Assembly (NCBI GenBank): GCA_040901675.1
Contig: JBBDYJ010000014.1
Coordinates: 8,559 to 72,558, forward strand
Source of the DNA: Pirellulales bacterium
Lineage (GTDB): Bacteria > Planctomycetota > Planctomycetia > Pirellulales > JAICIG01
Direction: 5' to 3'
Length of the DNA stretch: 64,000 nt
A program made the position numbers and the translations under genes. Under the pieces are notes generated by a model. That model was not told the origin of the DNA, did no database searches, and saw nothing but the letters and a program-made list of their open reading frames with translations. Numbering within the stretch: position 1 is the stretch's first letter; every line of letters starts with the position of its first letter. Below are positions 8,812 through 18,580 of this stretch, in pieces.

Positions 8812-11580
8812 CTATTCGATATACAAAAACTCGTTCGTGTTCAGCAGCATGTGGCATAAGGCGGCCAGGGCTTTGTGCTCGGCCTGCCGCGGCTCGCTGC
8901 CGGCCGAGATGAACCGGCTGGCGTGCCGTTCGACGAGCTCCATGCTCCAGGTCAGTTCCTGCGGACCAGGAGGCCTCGACAACGCCAGACGAAAGGCCGA
9001 GTCAATCCGCGACGCCGTGTCGGCCGTGCCGGCGGTCGCGGCCACCCGGGCCGCAAAGAAATCGGCCTGCTCAAACAGAAATGCGTCGTTCAGCATGGCC
9101 AGCGACTGCGTCACCACGGCCGAAGGGGTCCGCGCCGTGCAATTGGTCGCCACCAGCGGCTGGTCGAATACGTCCAGCAGCGTCAAGTGGTACGCCCGGC
9201 GCGCCAGGATATACACGCTGCGCCGCCAGGCGGCCTCCGCGTCGCTCAGGCTGTCGAGCTTTAGCACCACCATCCCGTCGGGCCGCGGATCGAGCATCAG
9301 TGGAGGCCCGCCCAAGTCCCGCCGCAGCTTGCCGCTCGTGGCCAGGATCGCATCGCGGACGATTTCGGACTCCAGGCGTCGAAGCCGCATCTTCCACAGC
9401 AAGTCATTGGCCGGGTCGACCACCGCCGGATCGACCAGCCCGCTTTGATCGGCGGCAGCTTCAGGGCTACTCTGGGCAGCAACCGCCGACGGCTCACCCG
9501 TTGTTTCGACAGCGAGCGTCGGCGCACCGGCCGGCCGATACGACGCCTGCCGGTAGGCGGCCGACATCATCATCAGCTTGATCATCGGCTTGACGCGCCA
9601 GCCGCGCTCGACGAACTCGCATGCCAGCCAGTCGAGCAGCTCGGGATGCGTGGGGGCCGCTCCGGAACGGCCGAAATTGCCCGGCGTGGCGACGATTCCG
9701 CGCCCGAAGAGCTGCGACCAGATGCGATTGACCATCACGCGGGCGGCCAGGCCTCCGGAGGGGAGGTTCGAATCGGTAATCCAGCGGGCCAGCGCCAGGC
9801 GGCGGCCGCTCGATAGTCCGCCGGCCACCGGATCGAACGCAGGCTCGGCCACTGCATCGGACAGCACTGATAAAAAGCCGGCTTCGACAACATCGCCGGG
9901 AGTCTGGTAGTCGCCGCGCCGCAGCAGGTGCGTGGCCGGCGGAGGCCCCAGGTCGTACAGCGCCTGGATCTTGCCATAGCAGCGCCGCGACGACTTGAGC
10001 GCGGCTATCCCGGCTTCCAACCCCGACAGTTTCTGCCGGTCTTCCTGGCTGAGGGAGGCAGAGACCTCCTCCGCGCTGACCGCCACCAGCGGACCCAGTT
10101 TCTCGGCCAGGTACTTTTGTACCTCCGACCGCTTGTCCGCCGCCGTCTCCAGGGCGGCCTTGGTATCGGCACGGATCGCCTCGGGCAGCCCGGCCAGTTT
10201 CTGATTCGTGAGCTGGTCCTTGTACGACTGGTCCAGCGCGGAGATCTGGGCCTGGATGTCGGCGGTCTGGCGATCGATCTGGGCATTGTGCTCGTCGATT
10301 GCTCTCTGCTCGCTCAGCGCGACGTCGGGCAGCTCGCGGTACTGCGGCTTGCGGGCGGTGCCTTCGCGGAAATGAGGCTGCACCCAGGCCTGCGGGTTGT
10401 AGGCCGGCGTGAACAGGGCCATCATCGCGTAATAGTCGCGGTGCGGGATCGGTTCGTACTTGTGGGCGTGGCAGCGGGCGCACTGCAGTGTCAGCCCCAG
10501 CAGGTTGGTGCCGATCAGCTCCAGCGTGTCGTGCAGGACCGAGTAGCGGATATCGGCCGTGTTCAGCTCGTCTTCGGCTGTGCGGTCGGCCACGTTGCGC
10601 AGGTAGCCGGTGGCCACCAGCAGATCGAGTGTTTCGCTCGTATAGCCGGCAGCTTCGCGCCACTCGGCCAGCTCATCCCCGGCCAACTGCTCGGTGACAA
10701 AGCGGTCGTAGGGCTTGTCGTCGTTGAACGACCGCACCACGTAATCGCGGTATCGCCATTTTCCTTCGGCCGGAATGATGATCGCCGCGTCGTTGTCCGC
10801 GCCCACTGTGTCGACGTATCCGGCCGCGTCGAGCCAATGGCGGCCCCAACGCTCGCCGAAGTGCGGCGACGCGAGCAAGCGGTCGATCAGTTGTTCGTAG
10901 GCGTCGTTCGAGGTGTCGCTGACAAACTGCTCGACCTCGCCGGGCGAAGGGGGCAGTCCCACCAGGTCCAGGTACACCCTCCGGACCACTGTGTAAGGCT
11001 CGGCCGGCGGCGAAAAGCCAAGCACTTTTTCTTCCAGCCGCGACAGCAGAAAGGCATCGATCGGCGTGGCGGCTCGTGCCATGCCCAGCACGGCGGGCAG
11101 CGCGGCCTTCTGGGGCCGCTGAAACGCCCAGAACTGCCGGTCCGACTCGCTCACTTCCGGAGGACCTTCGGTGGGGCCGGCATCCGAGGCGCCGAGCGCT
11201 TGCGCGCCGCCGGCAATCCACTGCCGCATCGTCTCCTTTTTGGCATCGCTCAGCGGCAATTCGCCTTCGGGCGGCATCGAGCCGTCGGCCACGCGCTGCC
11301 AGAGCAGACTCAGCTCGGTGTCGCCCGCGACGATGGCCGGCCCGCTGTCGCCGCCGCGTCCCGCCAGTCCCGCGGTCCGCAGGTCGAGGCTTGCCTTGCG
11401 GGCCTCCAACCCATGGCACTTCAAGCAATGCTGCGTGAGGATCGGCAGCACGTCTTGTTCGAAGACCAGCGTCCGACCCGATTCAGCCGGGGCCGGTTCA
11501 TCCGCCAGGCCGCCCTGAGCCCAGCCGACCAGCAGGGAAGCCACGATGGCCGCACAATGTGGCGACGGCTTGCGCTGCAT
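8812..11580 (-). CDS. Planctomycete cytochrome c / DUF1549-DUF1553 (PSCyt2/PSD1) protein
   Basis: CLKCH and CARCH heme motifs, FWAF, SPHFGERWGRHWLD, PTHPELLDWLA, C-terminal LLNTNEFLY. Paired with DUF1501. Confidence 0.93.
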   Translation of the reverse strand: MQRKPSPHCAAIVASLLVGWAQGGLADEPAPAESGRTLVFEQDVLPILTQHCLKCHGLEARKASLDLRTAGLAGRGGDSGPAIVAGDTELSLLWQRVADGSMPPEGELPLSDAKKETMRQWIAGGAQALGASDAGPTEGPPEVSESDRQFWAFQRPQKAALPAVLGMARAATPIDAFLLSRLEEKVLGFSPPAEPYTVVRRVYLDLVGLPPSPGEVEQFVSDTSNDAYEQLIDRLLASPHFGERWGRHWLDAAGYVDTVGADNDAAIIIPAEGKWRYRDYVVRSFNDDKPYDRFVTEQLAGDELAEWREAAGYTSETLDLLVATGYLRNVADRTAEDELNTADIRYSVLHDTLELIGTNLLGLTLQCARCHAHKYEPIPHRDYYAMMALFTPAYNPQAWVQPHFREGTARKPQYRELPDVALSEQRAIDEHNAQIDRQTADIQAQISALDQSYKDQLTNQKLAGLPEAIRADTKAALETAADKRSEVQKYLAEKLGPLVAVSAEEVSASLSQEDRQKLSGLEAGIAALKSSRRCYGKIQALYDLGPPPATHLLRRGDYQTPGDVVEAGFLSVLSDAVAEPAFDPVAGGLSSGRRLALARWITDSNLPSGGLAARVMVNRIWSQLFGRGIVATPGNFGRSGAAPTHPELLDWLACEFVERGWRVKPMIKLMMMSAAYRQASYRPAGAPTLAVETTGEPSAVAAQSSPEAAADQSGLVDPAVVDPANDLLWKMRLRRLESEIVRDAILATSGKLRRDLGGPPLMLDPRPDGMVVLKLDSLSDAEAAWRRSVYILARRAYHLTLLDVFDQPLVATNCTARTPSAVVTQSLAMLNDAFLFEQADFFAARVAATAGTADTASRIDSAFRLALSRPPGPQELTWSMELVERHASRFISAGSEPRQAEHKALAALCHMLLNTNEFLYIE

Positions 11581-12180
11581 CGGCTGGCTTGCAACCGGAC
11601 CAAGCGGACATCTCCGCGGGATCGCGCGACTCGTTATGACCCAACGCACTCGCAGGACTCCGCTAAAGCGACACGGTGGCGATGCGGCGCGGCGGGAGCC
11701 CCAGGCAGGATACGTCAGACATCATACAACCGTGCCAACCGCTGTCAACCAACCAGCGCCACCCTTCGAGCTCGGCAGGTCCCAGGCCCGCCAGCCAGCG
11801 CCCCAGCCGACCACCCGGGCGCGGACAACCGGCCCCGATCCGGTGTCCGTTTGCGGCGCGATTGTGCCGCAAGGATCGAATGCACGGACCGGCGACCGAC
11901 GCCCGGCGGCTGTGCGTTTTGGCTGGTGTGGCGGGAGGTTAGCGCGTCGAGCGATTTTCTCGAAGTGCCTTGGCTTTAGGCAATTTGCACGCCTTCGATG
12001 CCTGACCTACAGTTCTTGTGGCGAGTTCGAGCCCCTTCTCGGCTCGCCGGCCGGCTTGCTTGGCACGAGGCTCGAGCGTTTTCTGACGGCACCCGCTGCC
12101 AGGTGGCGCCCGCCCCCGGAAGCGAGGCCATTTCGGCCTTGAAAGAACGTCTCCCGAACATCCAAAAGAACGGACATCCC

Positions 12181-13242
12181 GTGTCTGTCGCCTTAATCAC
12201 ACAAATCGTCGGTTGGGACGGGGTCGAGGCCGCACTCTTGAAGCTCAAGGACGGCGGCGAAACCTTCGAGCAATTCGTCGTCCAGCAACTCCAGGAGCTC
12301 GAGTCGCTGCGTGCCAACCTGGCAGAGCGGCAACAACGGCTGCACGAAGAAAACCAAATACTCCTGAACAACGAACGCGAACTGGAATCGCGGCGGCAGT
12401 TGCTCGACGAGGCCCGGCAGGCTTCCGAGCAAAGTGTCGAGCAGGTCCGCATCCAAACCGAGCAGGTGGCCCAGGCCCAGGCCGAACTGACTGCCGCTCA
12501 GGCCCGCCTGGCCGGCGATCAACAGCAGTTTGAGGCCGAGCGGGCCGAATCGCACCGCGCATTCGAACAACGATTACGCGAGTGGGAAGCCGCCCGCGAC
12601 GCCCGCGAGGCCGAGCTCCAGGCCGCCCACGCCGAGTTGAATCGCCTCCGCCAGGAGGGCGCCACCAGCGAAGCCGAAGCGAACTTGCTGCGGCGTCTGG
12701 GCGAGCTGGAACAGCAGCGCGCCGCGCTGGAACACGAACTGAACGAATCGCGCGGGCAGATCGGCCAGCTTAGCGAAAGCGCGGCCGAGCTGGCCAAGGT
12801 CCGCATCGACCTGGCCCAGGCCCGCGAGGAGTTGGTGCGCAAGCCGGCGGGCGATGGAAAGGCCGGCGAGAAGTTGCGGCAGGAAGTGATCGAGTTGGAA
12901 AAGGAACGCGCTGCGCTCGAAGCCGAGCTGGAGGCCGTGCGGCATCGTGCGGTCGAGCTGGCCGAGACCGCGGCGGCCGAGCGGCAACGCGTGGCCGAGG
13001 AACGAGCCGAGTGGGCCGGCGAAATCAAGCAGTTGCGCCGCATGCTCGAACGGCAGGCGGCCGCCGCCGCTCCCGGTGGCCGGCACGACGATGCGGCCCT
13101 GCGGAGCACTGCGCCCGCGGGAGCGACCGTCCAGTCGGACCCGATGCTCGACTCGGTGATGGCCCAGTTCGACATGTTGCAGCGAGACATCGCTCGGAGG
13201 CGATCAGGCGGCAAGCGGCAGCCGCGGCAAGACGTGGCCTGA
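12181..13242 (+). CDS. Long coiled-coil protein (start uncertain; the ORF opens at 11998)
   Basis: E/Q/R/A/L-rich heptad pattern over ~300 aa and a short C-terminal DPMLDSVMAQF motif. First gene of a 4-gene plus-strand cluster. Confidence 0.75.
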   Translation: MSVALITQIVGWDGVEAALLKLKDGGETFEQFVVQQLQELESLRANLAERQQRLHEENQILLNNERELESRRQLLDEARQASEQSVEQVRIQTEQVAQAQAELTAAQARLAGDQQQFEAERAESHRAFEQRLREWEAARDAREAELQAAHAELNRLRQEGATSEAEANLLRRLGELEQQRAALEHELNESRGQIGQLSESAAELAKVRIDLAQAREELVRKPAGDGKAGEKLRQEVIELEKERAALEAELEAVRHRAVELAETAAAERQRVAEERAEWAGEIKQLRRMLERQAAAAAPGGRHDDAALRSTAPAGATVQSDPMLDSVMAQFDMLQRDIARRRSGGKRQPRQDVA

Positions 13243-13377
13243 TCGGCTCGACGGCGCTTACGGCAATGCACTGCCCCGGCACTCCATCCGCCGCCCGCCA
13301 CGCCCAGCACGGCTTGAAAACAGCGGCGACAAGCGGCGTTCACGCCGCCAGGAATCAACAAACCCCCTTGAGACTCA

Positions 13378-14628
13378 TTGGACATGACCATGCGGAAGAT
13401 CTTCAAAGATCGCACTCTCTGCTGGGTTTTCCTGGCAAGCCTGCTAGCAGTGGCGGCCGGCCTCTTGACGCGTTCGGTAACCCTGGGAGGCCTGGGACTG
13501 ATCGGGCTGGCCGTGCTGGCCCTTCGCCGCCGCCGCCGCCAGTTTGAGGCCGAAGTCGCTCCGGTGTCGCCTGTGCCGCATCCGCCCGCGGCCGACGAGG
13601 AGCCTGATCCGCCAGCGCGCCATGTGGCACCCACGGACATCGACGGTCTGGTCGGCGAAATGTTGAAACAGGACCGGTACGCGCTCCTGTTGCGGCGGCA
13701 ACTGGTAGGCAACTTGCGGCCGAATCAGCGCCGCGCCGCCCGCGAGGCCTTGGAACAACACATGGCCCTGGTGCCCGAGGGCGAAGTGTCGTTGGGCGGC
13801 GGGGACGACGGGTCGGGCGACGGGCGCGAAGCCCCCCCCCCCCCCCCCCCCCCCCCCGCCAAGGGGACGGTCTGCCGCGTGGCGGGGCTGTTTCTCGACC
13901 GCTACCAGGTTACCAACCGCCAATACCGGCACTTCGTCCTCAGCGGCGGCTACGAACAGATGTCGATCTGGGATCCGCAGATCCTGGCGGCCGTGCTCGA
14001 CTTCGTGGACAGCAGCGGCCATCCGGGACCGCGATTCTGGAAGAAGGGCCGCTATCCGGCGGGCCAGGACGAATACCCCGTGGTCGGCGTGAGCTGGTAC
14101 GAGGCGGCTGCGTATGCCCGCTGGAGCGGCAAGCGGCTGCCGACCGAGGCGGAGTGGGTCAAGGCGGGAAGCTGGCCGGTGCCCTTGTCGTCGACGTCGC
14201 ACTGGCAGCGCAAGTTTCCCTGGGGCGACACGATGGACCGCGAGCGCTGCAACCTGTGGGGTTCGGGCCCGGGCCGCGTGGTGGCGATCACCGAATATCC
14301 CGAGGGGGTCAGCGTGGGCGGCGTGTACCAGTTGATCGGCAACGTCTGGGAGTGGACGACGGGCAACTTCGGCGGCGCCGGCGACTCGCAAGGGCGCGAC
14401 CTCACCTTGCCGACTCCCATGAAGAGCATCCGCGGCGGCGCGTTCGATACCTACTTTGAGAACCAGGCAACCTGCCAATTCCAAAGCGGCGAGAACCCGC
14501 TGTCCCGCAAGCACAACATCGGCTTCCGCTGCGCGCTCAGCCTGTGCGATATCGCCGGCGGTGTGCACGCGTCCGATCCCGCTGAGGCGGACGAGGAAGC
14601 CTCACTGACCGAGGGAGTGACTGTATGA
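13378..14628 (+). CDS. Membrane-anchored FGE-sulfatase (SUMF1/EgtB/PvdO-like) domain protein
   Basis: Two N-terminal TM helices, VTNRQY, YPVVGVSWYEA, RLPTEAEW, IGNVWEWT, RGG, IGFRC. Contains a C26 run. Confidence 0.88.
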   Translation: MDMTMRKIFKDRTLCWVFLASLLAVAAGLLTRSVTLGGLGLIGLAVLALRRRRRQFEAEVAPVSPVPHPPAADEEPDPPARHVAPTDIDGLVGEMLKQDRYALLLRRQLVGNLRPNQRRAAREALEQHMALVPEGEVSLGGGDDGSGDGREAPPPPPPPPAKGTVCRVAGLFLDRYQVTNRQYRHFVLSGGYEQMSIWDPQILAAVLDFVDSSGHPGPRFWKKGRYPAGQDEYPVVGVSWYEAAAYARWSGKRLPTEAEWVKAGSWPVPLSSTSHWQRKFPWGDTMDRERCNLWGSGPGRVVAITEYPEGVSVGGVYQLIGNVWEWTTGNFGGAGDSQGRDLTLPTPMKSIRGGAFDTYFENQATCQFQSGENPLSRKHNIGFRCALSLCDIAGGVHASDPAEADEEASLTEGVTV

Positions 14629-15533
14629 TCAAGCAAGGCACCTTGCCGTTGGACTCCTACCGCATGGCTGAACAAGCCGTGCAGATGCCCTGTTACATCT
14701 GCGGTACGGACAATACCTACGACGCCGAGCTCTGCCGGCAGTGCTTTGCTCCCATGGCACTCGCGCACCAGGCGAACGCCCAAAAAGTCTCTCCCAAGAT
14801 GCTCGCCGCCATCGGCCCCAGCGGCGTGGGGAAAACCGTCTACCTGGGCATGCTGATGGATATGCTGGCCCGCCAGCCCGACCGCCTGCAAATGACGGCC
14901 CGCGGAGCCTTCTCCATCAACCTGCAGCAGACCGCGGCGTCGGCCTTGGCGCGGGGCGAGTTCCCCACCAAGACTCCCTCCGAGCCGGACCGCTGGAACT
15001 GGGTGCATTGCCAGGTCCGTGCCAAGGGCGACAGTCGCTGCCTGGACCTGATCATGCCCGACATGGCCGGCGAGGCTTTGCTGGAAGAGGTGGACCACCC
15101 CAATACCTACGAGGTGATCCATCCCCTGCTGTCCAAGTGCTCAGGCGCGCTGATTATGATCGATTGCACCAAGCTGCAAACCAGCTCGCTCGATCAGGAC
15201 TACTTCACGATGAAGCTCTTGAGCTACCTGGCCGAATTGGACGAGAATCCCAAGCAGTCCTGGGCCAAACGGCCGATCGGTTTGATTCTGACCAAGGCCG
15301 ACGAGTGCGAGGAATGTTTCCTCGATCCGGCCGCCTTTGCCCAGGCGCGCGCGCCGGGGCTGTGGCGGCAGTGCCACGAGCAGTTCCGCAACTTCAAGTT
15401 CTTTGCCACCGGCGTGGCCGGCGGATGCGCCTATCGCGTCCGCCGCGATGGCCGCGTCCGAGTGCCCTTGCGGATCGAGCCGCGCGGAATTGTCGAGCCG
15501 TTTGAATGGCTCATGAAACAGGTCAAGGCTTGA
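14625..15533 (+). CDS. TRAFAC-clade GTPase with N-terminal zinc ribbon
   Basis: CYIC...CRQC, Walker A GPSGVGKT, G3 DMAGE, G4 TKAD. ATGA overlap with the upstream gene. Confidence 0.85.
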   Translation: MIKQGTLPLDSYRMAEQAVQMPCYICGTDNTYDAELCRQCFAPMALAHQANAQKVSPKMLAAIGPSGVGKTVYLGMLMDMLARQPDRLQMTARGAFSINLQQTAASALARGEFPTKTPSEPDRWNWVHCQVRAKGDSRCLDLIMPDMAGEALLEEVDHPNTYEVIHPLLSKCSGALIMIDCTKLQTSSLDQDYFTMKLLSYLAELDENPKQSWAKRPIGLILTKADECEECFLDPAAFAQARAPGLWRQCHEQFRNFKFFATGVAGGCAYRVRRDGRVRVPLRIEPRGIVEPFEWLMKQVKA

Positions 15534-15597
15534 ACTTTCCCCTCGGGCCCTCGGCCCGCCTGGTACCACTGGCCCGTCTGGCAGGCAGAGGCCCATC

Positions 15598-17001
15598 GTG
15601 CTGATCGAACAAGCGATCTTCACTTCAGCACAGACCCAGCGGCTGGCCGGATACCACCTGGTGGCCCGCAGCCCGGGCGTCGAGGCCGTCGATCTCCGCG
15701 AGCTGTCGGTCTGGGGACCATCGCACGATTCGCTCATCGAAGCCGGCGCCGACGCGGTCAGCATCAACTTCCACCCGCTCCCCAGCGGCGCCTACTGCGT
15801 CTCCAAAACCTCGCTGGCCGGCAGCGAATACAGCGGCCGCGCCGGGCAGAAAGTCTACACCCAGTGCCTGGTGGTGCCGGCCGACGTCTTGGCCTGCTTC
15901 AGCAATAATCCGTTTGCCTTGCTCACGGCCGCCTTCGCCCAGGGCTCGCTGCGCGTGCACGACCACATTCCCCGCGAGCTGGAGCCGTTTCGACTCGGCG
16001 GCCGCGCGGCCGCCGTCGACCAGGCCCTCTTGACCGACCTGCAGGCCGACCCGGGTGGGACGTGGCTGGCAGCGCTGGTCCAAGCCGCACTGGTCAGCTC
16101 CTCGCTGGGACTCGTCGGCGGACACCGCCGGCCGCGGCTCTTCGCCGGCTTGATCAACTGTCTGCCCCCCGAGTGCCGCACCCAGTTCTCCTTCTCCAGC
16201 GGTCTGAAACACTCGCCGCGGCGGCCCTTCCGCGTCGTCTCGGTCCCGGATGACCCGGCCGAGCAGCGACGCTTGCTTCGCCAGTACGATATCACGCTCC
16301 TGGAATTCTCGGGCAAACCTCCCCAGCAATTCGTCACCGCCGACGGCTGGGGCGGATTCATTGCCTCCGCCGTCGCCAGCGGCAACACGGCCTTCCTGGG
16401 CGGCCAGCTCGGCAAGCCGCGCCCCAAACTGACCGTGGCGGATCTGCCCCAGTTGGGCAACCAACTGCTGGAAGCCATGCCCGCCTCGTCGCAGACAGCG
16501 CGGCGCGACGCTGCCCGGCAGTCGGTGGCGGCCCGTGATTCTGAAACTGCGGCGAAGACCCACGCCGCGCACCCGGCACCGCCCGCCACCGAAGCAGACG
16601 ATCAGCGCCGGGCCGACGCCCCGCATGGCCGACCGCTACGCGCCGGGCAGACGCTGGGCCCGGCCCAGCCGCACGCCGACAGCCGTGCCCCCGCCGAAAT
16701 CGAGCAGGACCCCGCCCAAGTGCTCGGTTGGCACTGCCCGGCGGCCATCGAAAAGCTGGAGTTGCTGGACGATACGGTGTTTGAGGCCATCGCGGGCAAG
16801 GCCGGCGCCTTGGACCAACTGCGGACCTTATGGCCTCAGGTCCTGACCCAGCTCGGCCCGCACCTGGTGGAGGAATCGCGCGAACAATACATCCGGCACG
16901 CACTGAAGGTCTGGCGCGAATGCGTCGATGGAGACCGGATCCGCGATCCGGTGCTGGCCATGGCCGCCATGGAAGTGGTCTGCCTGCTCTTTAACGAATA
17001 G
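15598..17001 (+). CDS. GTPase-associated protein, GAP1-N2-like N-terminal domain
   Basis: N-terminal EQAIFTS...GYHLVARSPGV and EYSGRAGQKVYTQ patterns resemble GAP1-N2. Directly follows the GTPase. Confidence 0.7.
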   Translation: MLIEQAIFTSAQTQRLAGYHLVARSPGVEAVDLRELSVWGPSHDSLIEAGADAVSINFHPLPSGAYCVSKTSLAGSEYSGRAGQKVYTQCLVVPADVLACFSNNPFALLTAAFAQGSLRVHDHIPRELEPFRLGGRAAAVDQALLTDLQADPGGTWLAALVQAALVSSSLGLVGGHRRPRLFAGLINCLPPECRTQFSFSSGLKHSPRRPFRVVSVPDDPAEQRRLLRQYDITLLEFSGKPPQQFVTADGWGGFIASAVASGNTAFLGGQLGKPRPKLTVADLPQLGNQLLEAMPASSQTARRDAARQSVAARDSETAAKTHAAHPAPPATEADDQRRADAPHGRPLRAGQTLGPAQPHADSRAPAEIEQDPAQVLGWHCPAAIEKLELLDDTVFEAIAGKAGALDQLRTLWPQVLTQLGPHLVEESREQYIRHALKVWRECVDGDRIRDPVLAMAAMEVVCLLFNE

Positions 17002-17016
17002 GGCAGCAATAACGGC

Positions 17017-17200
17017 CGGGTGCCTGGGGCAAAGCGGACTTCGGACTTCGGCGAGCTCAGTCGAGTCGCGAGCTCAGTCGAGTCGTAGCGTGCCCCAGAG
17101 GTTGCCGTCCTCGCTCCCGCTCTCCGCTCACTTCCGCCGGGTGCCTGGGGCAAAGCGCTAGCGTGCCCCAGAGGTTGCCGTCCTCGCTCCCGCTCTCCGC
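17017..17200. repeat. Two REP-like elements (self-nested and empty forms) plus a 52-bp direct repeat
   Basis: Reverse complement of the 5441 element at ~17017-17098, empty form at ~17137-17172. Direct repeat at 17086-17137 and 17159-17210. Confidence 0.85.
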
Positions 17201-18325
17201 TCACTTCCGCATCATCTCGCGGAAGCGATCGAACAAGTAGTTGCTGTCGTGCGGACCGGCGGAAGCCTCGGGATGGTACTGCACGCTGAAGGCCGCCAGC
17301 TCGCGGTGCCTGACTCCCTCGATCGTGTCGTCGTTCAGGTTGCGGTGGGTCACTTCCAGCTCGGCGGGAAGCGAGGCCTCGTCGACGGCGAAACCGTGGT
17401 TCTGGCTGGTGATCTCGACCAGGCCCGTTTGATGATTGAGCACCGGCTGGTTCGCGCCGCGATGGCCGAACTTGAGCTTAAAGGTCTTGGCACCGCAGGC
17501 CAGCGACAAGAGCTGGTGTCCCAGGCAGATGCCGAACACGGGCACCTTGCCCAGGATGCCGCGGATGGTTTCCACCGCGTAGGACAACGGCTCGGGATCG
17601 CCCGGCCCGTTGGAGAGAAACACGCCGTCCGGCTCGAGATCGAGAACTTGCTCGGCCGTGGAGAGCCCGCTCAGCACCGTCACACGGCAACCTAAGTCGG
17701 ACAGGTACCGGGCGATGTTCCACTTCATCCCGTAGTCGAGGGCCACCACGTGCGGCCCGTCCGCCTCGCAGTGGCTGCTCCGTTCGCCCAGGCGCGTCCA
17801 CTGGCTCAGCCCTTCCTGCCAGGTCCGGGCCTTGGACGGCACGACCTCGCGGACCAGGTCGCGGCCGACCAGACCAGGACTGGCCTTGGCCTTGGCACAC
17901 AGGCTGGCGTCGTCGAGGTCGATGGTCGAAATCACCCCCTTCATGGCGCCACGCGTTCGCAGTCGGCGGACCAGGGCCCGCGTGTCGATTCCTTGCAGGC
18001 CCACCACGCCCGCGGCCGCCAGGTATTCGCTCAAGCCGCCTTCGGAGCGGAAATTGCTGGCCTCGCGGCTCAATTCCCGCACCACGAAACCCGCCAGGTG
18101 GGGTTTGCCGCTTTCGACGTCCTCGGCGTTGACCCCGTAGTTGCCGATCTCCGGGTACGTCATGACGATAATCTGCCCGCGGTAGCTCGGATCGGTAATG
18201 ATCTCCTGGTAACCGGTCATCGAGGTGTTGAAGCAGACTTCGCCGTCGAGTTCGCCTTCGGCGCCGAACGAAGTGCCGGTGTACACGGTGCCGTCTTCAA
18301 GAGCCAGTTTGGCCGGTCGCGTCAT
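17201..18325 (-). CDS. carA: Carbamoyl-phosphate synthase small subunit
   Basis: GEVCFNTSMTGYQE, SNGPGDP, GICLGHQ, SQNHGF, QYHPEA. Confidence 0.97.
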   Translation of the reverse strand: MTRPAKLALEDGTVYTGTSFGAEGELDGEVCFNTSMTGYQEIITDPSYRGQIIVMTYPEIGNYGVNAEDVESGKPHLAGFVVRELSREASNFRSEGGLSEYLAAAGVVGLQGIDTRALVRRLRTRGAMKGVISTIDLDDASLCAKAKASPGLVGRDLVREVVPSKARTWQEGLSQWTRLGERSSHCEADGPHVVALDYGMKWNIARYLSDLGCRVTVLSGLSTAEQVLDLEPDGVFLSNGPGDPEPLSYAVETIRGILGKVPVFGICLGHQLLSLACGAKTFKLKFGHRGANQPVLNHQTGLVEITSQNHGFAVDEASLPAELEVTHRNLNDDTIEGVRHRELAAFSVQYHPEASAGPHDSNYLFDRFREMMRK

Positions 18326-18580
18326 TCGAAGAGTGCCTGTTAAGACGATGCGTCTGTAACGAACGTGTCGAGAGTTCCTGTCGTGCGCTGAGCATTTGCG
18401 CCGTCGAGCGCCGCGCGGCGTTGGGCCTTAAAGTATCTTACGCGCCAGGCCCGATACGTTTCTACGGCTGTGGGTCTCCGGACAAAGCAAACTAATCCTT
18501 TGCGGAACTCCGGACAGCCTTTTGTGAGGGTCCTTGTCCCGGCGAACAAGGACCCTCTTTTCATTGGTGAACATCGACGA

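Noticed and set aside
13378..14628. FGE domain as a diversity-generating retroelement target
   Set aside because: No reverse transcriptase and no template/variable repeat pair seen in the window.
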